A stretch of DNA of 64,000 bases from Octopus vulgaris. Lineage: Eukaryota. Below are positions 11,434 to 24,876 of this stretch, in pieces. Numbering within the stretch: position 1 is the stretch's first letter; each line of letters opens with the position of its first letter. The position numbers were made by a program, and so were the translations under genes. Location of the stretch: positions 65,596,001 to 65,660,000 of the forward strand of contig OX597816.1 in NCBI GenBank assembly GCA_951406725.2, given 5' to 3'. The notes beneath the pieces are model-generated. The model searched no databases. It was not told the origin of the DNA and was given only the letters and a program-made list of their open reading frames with translations.

Positions 11434-13088
11434 CTAGCAGTATCGCCCGGCGTTGCTCGGGTTTGTAAGGGAAATAACTATATAAGCATTTTTAGAGAGT
11501 TATAGCAAAAAAAATGCATTAAAAATGGAATAAAAAATGATGGTAATTTTTTTTTAAATTGTTGACTCATCGTAGACATTTTTAGAGAGTTACTTCCCTT
11601 ATATAATAGCGAAAAAATGCATTAAAATGGAAAAAATGATGGTAAATTTTTTTTAAATCGTATACTCATCGTAGACACGCGCTAATACCCAGAAGATACT
11701 GCTAGTCTCTCTATATATATATAACTGTAGTTGTGTGAGTGTCTGTCTCCTACGATTTAGATTCCTAACTCCTCCCATATTTTGCGGTGCAGTTTAACCA
11801 AAACCGGGTATCTTATAGTCGGGATTCATATCGAGCCCGTCTGGCTATTAGCGCGCGTCTACCATGAGTCTACGATTTTAAAAATAATTTAACATCATTT
11901 TTTATTCCATTTTAATGCATAATTTTTCGTGTGTCGATGGCGGCGGAGTTGGCGTCCACGCTCACAGCTGCACCTGTTTACTTCTCCCCCTTCCCTCCCT
12001 CGTGAAGCTGTGGGGAAGGGAGTGTAAAGAAATCAACGTCGTAATGCGTTGTCAAGGAGACCAGCGTTCTTTCAGAACAACGACTTCATGGCTTGAAGAC
12101 ACCAAAACAGAAATGGCTAAGAAAGCCCGAACTGGCATCTATAAGGGAAGTAACTCTCTACAAATGCTTATATAGTTATTTCCCTTACAAACCCGAGCAA
12201 CGCCGGGCGATACTGCTAGTATATAGATATATGGTCTTATGCTATATGCGCACATATATGTGCGTGCGCGAAAGTGTGACTGCGAATGCGCGAACGTGTG
12301 ACAGCGCATGCGCGAGAGTGTGACTGCGCAGCGCGAAAGTGTGACTGCGCATGCGCGACCGTGTGCGTGTGCGAACATTTGACTGTGCATGCGCGAAAGT
12401 GTGACTGCGCATGCGCGAACGTGTCACTGCGCATGCGCGAAAGTGTGACTGCGCATGCGCGATAGTGTGACTGCGCATGCGCGAGAGTATGACTGCGCAT
12501 GCGCGAAAGTGTGACTGCGCATGCGCGAACGTGTGCGTGCGCGAACATTTGACTGTGCATGCGCGAAAGTGTGACTGCGCATGCGCTAACGTGTGACTGC
12601 ACATGCGCGAAAGTGTGCATGCGCATGCGCGAACGTGTGCGTGCGCATGCGCGAACGTGTGACTGCGCGTGCGTGAACGTGTGACTGCGCATGCGCGAAA
12701 GTGTGACTGCGCATGCGCGAACATGTGGGAAGAAAGGGGAGAAGCAACACAGGTGCAGGTGTGACCATGGACGCCAACTCCGCCGCCATCGACACACGAA
12801 AAAATATGCGTTAAAATGAAAAAGAATGATGTTAAATTATTTTTAAAATCATAGACTCATCGTAGAGGCGCGCTAATACCCAGACGGGCTCGATATGAAC
12901 CACGACTATAAGATACCCGAATTTGGTTAAACTGCACCGCAAAATGTGGGAGTAGTTAGGAATCTAAATCGTAGGAGACAGACACTCACACAACTACAGT
13001 TTTATATATATATATATAGATTTTGTGAAATTTGATTTAGTATTTCTAAATTGAATTTTTCCCTGTAAGTTATGAATAATATTCCCTC

Positions 13089-13155
<67 letters not shown>

Positions 13156-13576
13156 GTGTATGTGTGTATATATATATATATCTTTATATATAAAAGTGAA
13201 GTTGTGTGTCTGTCTCCTACGATTTAGATTCCTAACTACTCCCTCATTTTGCGGTGCAGTGTAACCAAAAGCGGGTATCTTATAGTCGTGATTCATATCG
13301 AGCCCTTCTGGGTATTAGCGCACGTCTACGATGAGTTTACGATTTAAAAATAAATTTACCATCATTTTTTCCGCATTTTTAATGCATTTTCGCTCGGTTT
13401 ATATAAGGGAAGTAACTCTCTAAAAATGTATTATTAAATCTCAGAATGTAAAAAGCTACAGTAACACCCCCCTTTGTGGTTAGCCATATGGAGATGGCTA
13501 TTATACTTTACATCTCTAAAAATGCTTATATAGTTATTTCCCTTACAAACCCGAGCAACCCCGGGCGACACTGCTA

Positions 13577-13577
<1 letters not shown>
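11434..13577. mobile_element. Cluster of four non-autonomous Helitron-like copies: 11434-11693(-), 11706-12219(+), ~12730-13020(-), 13181-13577(+)
   Basis: 5' TC(t/c)tatatata starts, 3' cccg..cggg hairpin followed by CTAG|T, shared internal sequence, no TSD. Confidence 0.8.
12265..12725. repeat. 22-bp CpG-rich minisatellite (gcgcatgcgcgaaagtgtgact)n
   Basis: About 20 units by eye, abutting the third Helitron-like copy. Confidence 0.95.
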
Positions 13578-13636
<59 letters not shown>

Positions 13637-14002
13637 TCTTTTATTCTTTTATTTGTTACAGTCATTTGACTTTGGCCATGCTGGAGCACTGCCTTTAGGG
13701 ATTATTCTTTGTAAGCCTAGTACTTATTCTATCGGTCTGTTTTTGCCACACACACACACACACATACATACACACACACACACACACGTACATATATACA
13801 CATACGCACACACACTCACACACGTATACACACACACATCTTGTTGCTTCTTGGGAGGGTCATTATGCCAATAACGATATGGTTACACATCTGACCAACT
13901 TCGTAATCGATCGTTTGTTTAACGTGCTGGTTAAACAATCAAAGTTTTATTTCTTCGTGAAAGTCCGTTCGTCGCTATTTTTCGCGACCTTTTCAATAGA
14001 AA

Positions 14003-14200
14003 GGGCGAAATGCTTAGCAGTATTTCGTCTGCCGCTACGTTCTGAGTTCAAATTCCGCCGAGGTCGACTTTGCCTTTCATCCTCTCGGGGTCGATAAATA
14101 AAGTACCAGTTTCGCACTGGGTCGATGTAATCGACTTAATCCGTTTGTCTGTCCTTGTTTGTCCCCTCTATGTTTAGCCCCTTGTGGGTACCAAAAGAAA
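14003..14200 (+). mobile_element. SINE family C copy
   Basis: gaaatgcttagc...gagttcaaattccgccgaggtcgactttgcctttcatcc, same as copies at 44-47.5 kb. Confidence 0.8.
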
Positions 14201-14473
14201 TATATATCATGTATATATGTGAATAGAAGCAGGCGTGACTGTGTTGTAAGCCGTTCCGGGTTCAGTCCAGCTGCGTGGCACTTTGAGCGGGTGTTTCTAC
14301 TATAGCCCTGGGTCGACTAAACCCTTGTGTGTAGATTTGGTTGACGGAATCTGAAAAAAGCTCGTCATATATGTGTTTATCAATATTTAGCAGAAGCAAC
14401 AGAGTGACTCGAGGGGCGAGAGTTTCGTGCATTGACACTTGTCAAACTACACACAGACACACACAAACACACA

Positions 14474-14524
<51 letters not shown>

Positions 14525-14850
14525 ACACACACATACATATGCATGAGTGGCTGTGTGGTAAGTAGCCTGCCTACCAACCACATGGTTCTGGGTTCAGTCC
14601 CATTGCGTGACGCCTTGGTCTTCTACTAGAGGCTCAGGCCAACCAAAGCCTTGTGAGTGAATTTGGTAGACGGAAACTGTGTGTGTATTTGTGTTTGTCC
14701 CCCCGATGGTGGCATGTATATACATAATATTATTGTTCTTTCTTGCGAAATATATAGAATTACTTTAATTCTATATAAAGAAGTGTTCGGGTCGAAACAA
14801 GTAAAAGAATAAAAGAAAGAAAAGAAAGAATATATATATATATATATATA

Positions 14851-17800
14851 CCAGACCACCACAGCAAACAGACACAGGATGGACACCGCCGGCAACAACG
14901 TACACCTCACCTCGATACTCCTACTGAACATCAGAGGACTGCAAACACTCAGTAACAGGACAAAGATCCCGTTCCTGAGAGACATTGTTGCATGCAATCA
15001 AGCCTTATGCATAGCACTTACAGAAACGCACCTGAAACCGGACATAGCAGATGCGGAGTTACACATACCACAGTATGCTGTACTACGGACCGACAGGAAA
15101 GAAAGGAGTCATGGAGGTGTTGCTATGTACATCCGTGAGGACCTCACACCCCAGGTCCTCTTGTCATACTCAAACTCGGTGTGTGACACACTAATTGTAC
15201 ATATTAGGCAACTTGATGTAGTTGTGTGTGCTACATATCGCCCTCCAGATGCCCCAAGCCATGTGGGCAAGTTCGAAGACTGCCTTATAAAAATAGAAGA
15301 AATTCTAACCACATTAGAACAACACATAGGTGTGCTTCTTATGGGAGACTTCAATCTGCCCAATGTCAGATGGCCCGAGGGCCTTTCTCTCCCAGGAATG
15401 ACAAGATGTGAACGAGGACAGGCGAGGTCCCTCCTGAACCTCATCAACACCCTGTACATGGAGCAGGTAATACTCCAACCAACCAGGGCAGGTAACACAC
15501 TGGATCTCTGCTTCACAAATGACATGGATCTCATCCATAATGTGAAAGTGACACCGACACTACTCTCGGATCACAACATGATAGAGCTGACCATGTACGG
15601 GCCAAAAGAGAGCACGGACATGCAGCCTACAAGAAACCCTCAAAATATTTCCAGCTTGAACTACCATAAGGCAAACTGGAAACAAATTGAGAAAGAGATC
15701 CTCAAACAAAACTGGCCTGAATGTCTCTCCTCGCCAGACATCGACGTGAAACTTCAACAATTCATGTCTGTAATGCAAGCCATATGCTACAAATGTGTCC
15801 CAGAGAGAAAGGCCACTGTACACAAGAACAAAATCCCCAGAGAGAGGAAAATTTTAATGAGACGGCGTACGAAATTTTCAAATCGCCTAAACAAACAGAT
15901 TGAAAGCAGTGAAAAGTCCCGCCTAAAAATAAAACTGTTGGAAATCGAAAAATGTCTGCAACTCTCCCATGAAAAAGAAAGAGCAGACAAAGAAGCCTGG
16001 AGCTATAGAAAACATAAAATCTAACCCCAGAGCTTTCTACAGGTATGCCAAAGAAACAGCTACAGTGCACTGTAGAATAGGGCCACTCCTTGAAAAGGAT
16101 GGCACACTTACAGGAAAACCAATAAGGGTAAGTGAAATACTAAATGAGCAATTCAAGAGTGTTTTCACTCCACCCCTTGGGCATCTCCAAATCACCAATC
16201 CAACTGACTTTTTTACCACTGCAGATATAAAATCAGAGGCGGCGACGATAGATTACATCGATATAAAGGAAGACGATGTAACCAAGGCTATAGATGAAAT
16301 GAAAACAGACTCAGCTACTGGCCCCGATGGATTCCCGGCAATCCTCCTAAAAGCATGTAAGAGAGTCCTAGCAAGACCACTGCAGTTCCTCTTTCAGAGC
16401 TTCCTTGCAGCTGGCAAACTTCCAGGAAAACTGAAGGAAGGTAAAATATGCCCCATTCATAAAGGAGGTAGCAGAGCGGAGGCCAAGAACTATAGACCTA
16501 TCTCTCTGACCTCACACATCAGCAAGGTCATGGAACGAATAGTCAGAAGGAAGCTGATCACCTTCCTTGAAGAGAATGACTTGCTGCCCGACACCCAACA
16601 TGGTTTCCGACCAGGGAGAAGCTGTTTAACTCAGCTCCTACAAGACTATGACTGGGTGCTGAAACGGCTGCTCAACCACTCAAATGTGGAAGTGATATAT
16701 CTCGACTTTGCAAAGGCCTTTGATAAAGTCGATCATGGAATGATATGTCACAAACTGCGTGATCTCAACATAGTTGGAAAACTGGGAGAATGGCTTCATG
16801 ACTTTCTGAAGGATAGAAGTCAGGTGGTAGTAGCCAATGGGGCCACCTCCATTAACACACAAATAGTGAGCGGTGTTCCGCAGGGCACTGTTCTGGGACC
16901 ACTACTGTTCATAATGGCCCTCTCAGACATGCCCTCAGCCACGCAGAGAGCCACGATCACAAGTTATGCAGATGATACAAAAGTTTCACAGGCAATACAG
17001 AACCCTGAGGACACTAAACACCTGCAATGTGAGCTGGACGAAATATACAAGTGGGCTGAAAAGAATAGCATGCAGTTCAATGCTGGAAAGTTTCAAGCTT
17101 TATACTATCAGCATGCAAAACTGAATGCAATACCCAATGAATACACTGGACCCGGAGGGATTGCAATCCCAGAGGCACAATCAGTGCGTGACCTGGGTAT
17201 TCACATGAGTGATGACGCGACCTTTCATGTACATGTTGCTAAACTGACAATGAAATGTAGACGGCTGGCTGGATGGATTCTTAGAACCTTTAGAACAAGA
17301 GAACAAGAAACCATGATGGTCCTCTGGAAGACACTTGTCCTAAGCCACTTTGACTATTGCTCTCAGCTATGGTCACCATCCAGTGTCAAGTTGATCACAG
17401 AACTTGAGGCGATCCAACGAAGCTACACAAAGAAGATAGCCTCTATGCAGAATGTAAGCTACTGGGAAAGACTCAAGAGATTAAAATTATATTCCCTGGA
17501 GCGTAGGCGGGAAAGATATGCCATAATATACATCTGGAAGATCCTGGAGGGAAGTGTCCTGAACTTTGGCATCGAGAGTTACGCAAATGCCAGAACTGGG
17601 CGCCACTGCGTGGTGCCTAGGACTCCAAACCTGCCATCAAGATGTAGGACAAGATTCTGTGATAGCCTGGGCTTCCGAGGCCCACAGCTCTTCAATATCC
17701 TCCCGAAGAACCTGAGAGACCTGCATGGGGTGGATACAGATGTCTTTAAAATGAAGCTGGATCTCTTCCTGTCAGGTGTCCCAGATGAACCAACTTCACG

Positions 17801-17966
17801 GCAGGAGGGGCAGATGAGGGCAGCTGCATCGAACTCTCTCATGCACCAAATAGCAGTTGCTAGAAAGCCTCCATGAAGTGAAACCAAGTAGCAACACCAA
17901 ATGGCGGTGACCCAGCATGGCCACAGCTCATAAGCTGAAACTAGAATCAATCAATCAATCAATCAA
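14851..17966 (+). mobile_element. CR1/L2-group LINE, 5'-truncated just upstream of ORF2, (AATC)n tail, inserted in (TA)n
   Basis: APE and RT domains, short 3' UTR, aatcaatcaatc tail at 17945-17966, TA runs on both sides. Confidence 0.95.
14879..17876 (+). pseudogene. LINE ORF2 (APE endonuclease + reverse transcriptase) with a single +1 frameshift near 16001
   Basis: EN motifs NIRGL, ETHL, YRPP, GDFN, SDH; RT motifs YRPISL, QHGF, DFAKAFD, GVPQG, YADD, LERRR; removing a16001 gives ...EAWAIENIK... and a 998-aa ORF. Confidence 0.92.
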
Positions 17967-18057
17967 TATATATATATATATATATATGTACATTTTTACT
18001 TTTATATACATATTTATATTTATTGCATATCTTTTACTTATTTATATTTATATATAA

Positions 18058-18200
18058 CTAGCAGAGATACCCGGCGTTGCCCGATTACATTCAATTGGAG
18101 AATTAGACTTTTCTGTTATATCTTCTGTGGTGAACTGGAATATCTATGTTTCGAATTTCATCAAAATTGCAGATGAGGGTTATTTCAATCTTTACACACC
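18058..18200 (-). mobile_element. Helitron-like 3' end
   Basis: actagcagagatacccggcgttgcccg, homologous to the termini at 11434, 12219 and 13577; inner boundary unclear. Confidence 0.6.
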
Positions 18201-18969
18201 CTAAAAAATTGTAATCGTGCCACATGTATCCCATAATCCTGATTTTTATGCGCATATTCCAAAATTCCAGTCTTATTTAACTTGTTAAAAAGATTTTGTT
18301 CCTGAAAAATGAAGGTCATGGAGCTCTAAAATGTGAGAGTTAAGGCCCCTGTTGGGGGTGGGCATCTTAATGTATAAATGTCTTCGAATAACCAGTCACT
18401 CATCTGGGAAGGCCTTGAAATCAATGTTACCATCTGGGGACTATGTGTGACCGAGTGATAATAAAAAGACTGAAAGGAGGTCTGCAATCAAATAAATTTT
18501 ACTCTTCACTTTGCAACTGAATCAGCGGAGGCAAAGATGCCTCTCATTTACTTGACAATTTATGCAGCACATTGCAAAAATCACAATGTCAAAGCAAACT
18601 GTTACACTGTTGTACCATTGAATTACAAATAATGCTCATCTTTTATGCTTGAGTAACCCTACAGCTTCCAAGAGCACAACTGTATTCATTTTTGCTTAGA
18701 TAAAATGACAAAATTGTGACGTTAAGTCCCCATGGAGGGGTCTTTCTAACTTTGTAAGATGAAATTTTATAGATATTACTTCATTTGTGTCTAATGTCTA
18801 TGGTTAAAATTTCATCAACAGCAAAAATATATGAATTGTCATGGGCGTTATGGCCCTTATGCATAGAATATAATTTCCAAATTTCATAAAGATCCATTCA
18901 GTACTTTTGACCAAGTTTTGGATCATAAAAGAAATTACTAAAATTTGGGATTTAAGGCTCCCATTAGGG

Positions 18970-19035
<66 letters not shown>

Positions 19036-19315
19036 GCACACATACAAAGATAAATTGATAGATACAACTGAGTGAGCAAACAAAAATATGAGACACAGCC
19101 TAGTGCTTTTTTATGTTGATAAGCCTAGTACTTACTCTATTAGTTTGTTCTTGTGAAACCAGTAAGTTATGTGGATGTAAATAAGTGAACAGCAGTTGTG
19201 AAGCAGTGATGAGGGCGAAACACAGAGACAAAGACACACACATACACTTACATATATACATACATATATATACGATTTATTTGTTACAGTTCCTGTCTAC
19301 GAAATCCATATATAT

Positions 19316-21999
19316 TGTTGTTGGCATCCTTTTTGTCTCGGGAGACAATGGAGTTGCGCATAAAATAATCTAGTCCGGCTTTTACATTTCATGTCCTAAT
19401 ACATCTCTTGCTGTGGCTGTGTAGTCCTATCGGGGACAAACACTCCCTCTGAAAGGTGCCGTAAATGTAGCGAAGACTTTACCTGACTGGTTGTAATGTC
19501 ATAGTTTCTTGTTGACGTCTTTTCTTGTCTTTCCATTTCTCCTTTCTCACTATGTCACTCCTTTGTGTTCCCTCTTTTACGGTACGTCGCCAATCTCCAC
19601 AGTTGCTGGCAACTACTTCCCAGTTGGTAATATTGATGTTGCAGGCATTCATGTCCCTTTTGCAAACATCCTTGTATCGTAAGAACAGTCTTCCCACAGA
19701 CCTAGTGCCCCTAGCAAGCTTTCCGTTGAGTATGTCCTTGGGGATTCTGCCATCTTCCATACGGCTAACATGTCCAAGCCATCTCATACGTCTTTGTGTG
19801 AAGAGTGCAAACATGCTTGGTATTCCTGCTTGCTTGAGGACATCTTTGTTAGGGACATGATTCTGCTATTTGATGCGATGGATTTTCCGGAGACAGCGCA
19901 GGTGAAAGATATTTAGGCGACGTATGGCGTCATACAGTAGAGTGCTAAGTACACATGCCTGGTAAATCTTCATTTTTGTGGTCTTGGTCAGCTTATTGTT
20001 GTCCCATGCGCGTTTGGTGAGTTGGGCCATCACAGCAGCTGCCTTGCCAATGCGTATATTGAGCTCAGCATCAAGGGATAGGTTGTAGGTGACGGTAGAG
20101 CCAACATAGTTAAACTTCTCCACCTCCTATACTCTGTGGTCTCCAATATGTATGTTTGGGATGTCCGATGTAGCCTGACCCATGATGTTGGTCTTCTTGA
20201 GGCTGATAACTAAGCCAAAGTTGCCAAATGCTTGCTCAAAACAGTTGATGAGCCTTCGTAGGGCTTCTTCTGTCTGTGATACCAGAGCGGCAACATCAGC
20301 AAATAGCATCTCCTTGATCAGGACGCTTCTGAGATTTTGGTCTTGGCACGCAGACGCGAGAGATTGAACAGTTTCCCATCACTTCTACTGTGCAGAAACA
20401 CTCCATCATCTGATGTCTCAAAGGCATGTGACAGCAGCATCGAGAAGAAGATGCCAAATAATGTAGGAGCAAGGACACAACCTTGCTCTACCCCATTTTT
20501 ATTTGGAAGGCGGCTGATGTTGAACCATTGTGCTGTATGGTGCCTTGCATATTAGCATGGAATGATTTGATGATCCTCAGCAGCTTTGGTGGACATCCGA
20601 TTTTTTGGAGCAGGATGAAGAGGCCTTTTCTACTTACCAAGTCAAAGCCCTTTGTCAGATCAATGAAGGCCATATATAATGGCATTTTCTGCTCTCTGGA
20701 CTTCTGAAGTTGGCGTATGGAGAATATCATGTCAATAGTTGATCTGCTTCTTCTAAAGCCACACCGCGATTCTGGATAAATTCGTGAAGCAATTAGTTGC
20801 AGCCTAGACAGGATAATGCGAGCAGAGGCCTTTCCAACTGTGCTTAGAAGAGATATTCCACGGTAATTGTTACAATCATCACGGTCACTAATATTTTTGT
20901 AAAGCGTAATGATGTTAGCATCCCGCATATTCTGAGGGACTGTACCCTCTAACCAGCACTGACACAGAAGCTCATGAATGTGCCGAAGCAGGATGATGTT
21001 TTTGCCGGTTTTGATGATCTCTAAGGGGATTCCGTCTTTTCCCGGAGCCTTGTTACTTACTAGGGAGTCAATAGATTTGGTGAGCTCTGCTATAGATGGC
21101 AGACTGCCAAGTTCACACATGACTGGCAAGATCTTAACACCCTCGATTGCAGCCTCAGCTACCGTGGTCTCTCGTGAGTAGAGATCCTGGTAGTACTCCA
21201 TCCATCTATCCATTTGCTTGCTTTGGTCCCTGATGAGATCTCCAGTAGTTGATTTCAGAGGGGCTGAGGTGTTTGCGGATGGACCGAGGGCCTTCTTCAA
21301 ACCGGCATACATATCACGGGTGTCGCCACTGTCAGCAGCTGACTGGATACTCTGACAGATTTCCTTTCAATACCCATTTGCACAGCGTCTGGCAGTCAAT
21401 TGGGTTTTATTTCTTGCCTTTCTGAGTTCTTCGAGCGACTTTGTAGAAGAATCACTCTTGTATTGCATCAGAGCTGTACGCTTTGCTTCGATAACTGGTT
21501 CCAGCTCCGAGAGCCCAGCACTGAACAAAATCTGGGTTTTACCTTTCTCTCATTCCGAAAGTATCTATTGATGTGGTATACAAAGCTTCCCTGATATAAT
21601 TCCACCTACTTTCAGCAGAGGAGGTTGGGCAGCTACTGAGGGCAACCTTGATAAAAACAGCAAAACATTGTCGCAGTGTAGGGTCTGAGGTTCTGGCAGT
21701 GTTAATGCGTGGTTGGCTCATTTTCTTGGAGTGATGGACTTTTTAGGCAGAATCCTCACCCTTCTTATTAGTGAATGATCTGTGTCACAATCTGCGCAAC
21801 GGGTCTGTTGAACAGAATTCAGAAAGGATCTTCGTGTAATGATGAGATCCAACTGATGCCAGTGGTGAGATCTTGGATGTCTCCAAGATGCCTTGTGGGA
21901 TGTCTTGTTGGGAAAGAATGTGTTGGTGATGCACAGGTTATGGTATGTGCAAAATTCAAGTAGTCTCTGGCCATTGTCATTCATGTTGCCAATACTAAA
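19316..21999 (-). mobile_element. Decayed 5'-truncated RTE-clade LINE with (CAA)n tail and ~78-bp TSD
   Basis: Fragments NGQRLLEFC..HWHQLD, NYRGISLLS, FIDLTKGFD, LFAD, LLY, RWLGHVSRMEDGRIPK; many frameshifts; direct repeat 19238-19315/22000-22077. Confidence 0.93.
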
Positions 22000-22076
22000 A
22001 CACATACACTTACATATATACATACATATATATACGATTGATTTGTTTCAGTTCCTGTCCACGAAATCCATATATA

Positions 22077-22131
<55 letters not shown>

Positions 22132-22797
22132 GTACACACTCACACACACACACACACAAAGATAAATTGATAGATACAACTGAGTGGGCAAACAAAAATG
22201 TGAGACACTGCGTAGAGCTTTTTTAAATTTTGATAAGCCTGGTACTTATTCTATCAGTTTCTTCTTGTGAAACCAGTATGTTATGGGGATGTAAATAAAC
22301 GAACACCAGTTGTGAAGCAGTGATGAGGGAGAAACACAAAGACACACACACAGACTTACATACATACATAGATATATATACGATTGATTTCTTTCAGTTT
22401 CTGTCTACAAAATCTACTGACAAGGCTTTGGTTGGTCTCAGGCTACAGTAGAAGACACATGCCAAGTTACCACACAGTGGGACTGAACTGAGAACCATGT
22501 GTTTTGGAACCATGAGAATACTTATGCATAAATCTAAAATCTTAAATAATTCCTTTGTAGTATATATTAATAAAAAATGGAATATTCCCAAAATTGCATG
22601 ATTAACTAAATGATTTTTATTTCTTATTTAAACGTGAAAATCTTGAAAAAAAATCTGATACAAGGATGTGATATAATGACACCAGTCCTCATTGAGTGAG
22701 TAATTGTTAATTCTTGTATATAGAAATTTGAATCGCGCGAGGCATTTGCCGCAGCGCGTTAGAAACTTTTTGTAGAAAGTGCGCCGACCCTCAAGTC

Positions 22798-23678
22798 ATG
22801 GAGACTTACGCGGGGGTCGCCGCAATGAAAAGCGATACGCCGCTGACAGTAAGAGAGGTGTTCTTTAAAAAAGAACAGCTAGAGGAATTTGAGAAATTCA
22901 TTGAAAGGGAGGGTGACAGAGTGAAGCTGGTCCCCCCTGTTGAAGCAAAGGAGGAAAAAGAGGACAAAACTATAATCTATAGGACACAGGACACGACCAC
23001 AAGAAAGCTATCGAGAATAACGATAGAAGACATAGAAAAATGTCTGGACGACGTTATGAAAAAGGCTACCTTTGTATGCAGAGGCAGGAAATATGGTACA
23101 GTGGAGGTGAGGTACGCAACAAAAGAAGTTGCGGCCTCACTAGCTACCACCGTACTCAGAGGCGAAAACTTCGTCATGTGGCCTACCTACAAGGGGAAAA
23201 GAGGGGTGCGGGTTAAAATCCCAAACATACCCCCAGATTTAAAAACAGAATGGCTGGTAACAGCCATCCTAGAATCAGCAGAAGAAGGTATAGAAATTGG
23301 ATCGATAAAAGAGACCAGCATAGTGAAATGGAAGGGATTCGGAGTAGAGATGTGGCTGACAGCCACAAACAGAGATATAGACCGAATTCCCTTCCAAATA
23401 GAAGTAGAAGATGGTAGGCCCCTCTGCGTAATAGTTGAGGGGAGGAAGCCCAATTGTTACCTATGTGGGACAAGAGGTCATATTAAAAAAGAATGTCCGC
23501 TTTACGAATTTGTGGCGGAGAGTGAAAAAGCAGAGAAAGAAGAAGAACCCGAAGAAGGGAACAATACTCTAAAGGAGAAAGAAAGCAAGGAAAAGGAAAC
23601 AGCGGTAAAAGGAAATAACAATACACAGAAGGAAAATGAAGGCAAAGAGAAGGAATTAATAGAAAAAGAACAAAAGTT
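22798..23678 (+). mobile_element. L1/Tx1-like ORF1 (gag-like) fragment with CCHC zinc knuckle
   Basis: CYLCGTRGHIKKEC (CX2CX4HX4C) preceded by VIVEGRKP and followed by a charged low-complexity tail; no ORF2 downstream. Confidence 0.8.
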
Positions 23679-23985
23679 CACCAGACCTTTCTCCCCTTGA
23701 TTTCTTTTTCTGGGGTATGTTGAAAGAGAAAGTTTACTCAATAAAGATTACAGATTTAAAACACATGAGAGAACGCATTACCAGTCAGTGTGCTGAAATT
23801 GATGGCAATGTAGACTTATTTAATCAAGTTCACCTGAATTTTGCAAGGCGCATCAAGTTATGCACTGAAAATGATGGAAATCACTTTGAAAATATTATTT
23901 ATTAACATTATAATTAAATAAAATTGTTTTGTTTTAAAAGTATGTGTTAATTCCCATGTACGCAGACTTTGTGGACACCGTCTAT
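23679..23985 (+). mobile_element. Tc1/mariner transposase C-terminal fragment with right TIR remnant
   Basis: SPDLSPLDFFFWGMLKEKVY...RRIKLCTENDGNHFE; gactttgtggacacc TIR-like end. Confidence 0.85.
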
Positions 23986-24876
23986 TATTTTGTAAAACAA
24001 TATTGAATTAGTTTAAACGTACACAAATGCATAAAAATAATTTTTAATTGAATTAGACATTTGCAAATACTATTTAATTTCATTCAAATCTAAAAAACAG
24101 GTAAAATTGGACAGAACTGACTGGATGACTTAATATATATAATCTATGATATTCTAGTAAGTTTCAAGTTTATAACACCTTGATATCTCATTTTATATGC
24201 CTAAGACGTTTATTTTCTATTCTGGTTTTTATATATTTCTATACATTATATTTGTATCTATAATTTATTTTAAGCCGAAACATAATACGATCCTTGTACG
24301 AACGAAAGAACAAGAATGTCCTCTGGAACGTTTATCTTCCACCGGCGTTTGTAATCGATGGTGACATGTGCGATGATTTTGCGACTATCTTTTATTTTAC
24401 AGAGAAATTGGAAGCCCCGAATGTAAGTCAGCGCTTTATGCATAATTCAATATTCATAGTTCTCTATTTCTAACAGAAATTCTGTCCTCAATAACTATAG
24501 AACTATTTCTAAATGTATTTCTTTTTCTTTTCGTTCATGCATTCCCGTCTGTCTCTTGACAAAGCTTTCTTTCTCCAGCGTTCACCACGTCACCTCGTTA
24601 GGGTTAAACAGCCCTTACCGAAAATTTTTACTGTCCTGATTTTATTAGCAGCTTTGACGTTCCACGTATGTCAAATTTTATCTAATTTGCTTTGGGGAGC
24701 AATTGCTTTGACGAAGACACATCTTGTTGCAATGCGGAGCAAGTAAAATTGCCAACAACTGAGGAAGAGTTGTTTTTTTATATTCTGCCTTCAGGCTATA
24801 GTTCTCTATTTAATTAAAATTCTTCTTCTACCAAGCCAAGCCAAGCCAACCCAAGCCAAGCGAAGCGAAGCGAAGC

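Noticed and set aside
12237-12797. Repetitive ORFs and a CRISPR-like appearance in the 22-bp array
   Set aside because: No unique spacers or cas genes, and the context is eukaryotic; it is a minisatellite
15109-17950. Antisense and alternate-frame ORFs within the CR1-group LINE
   Set aside because: Shadow ORFs of the LINE coding sequence
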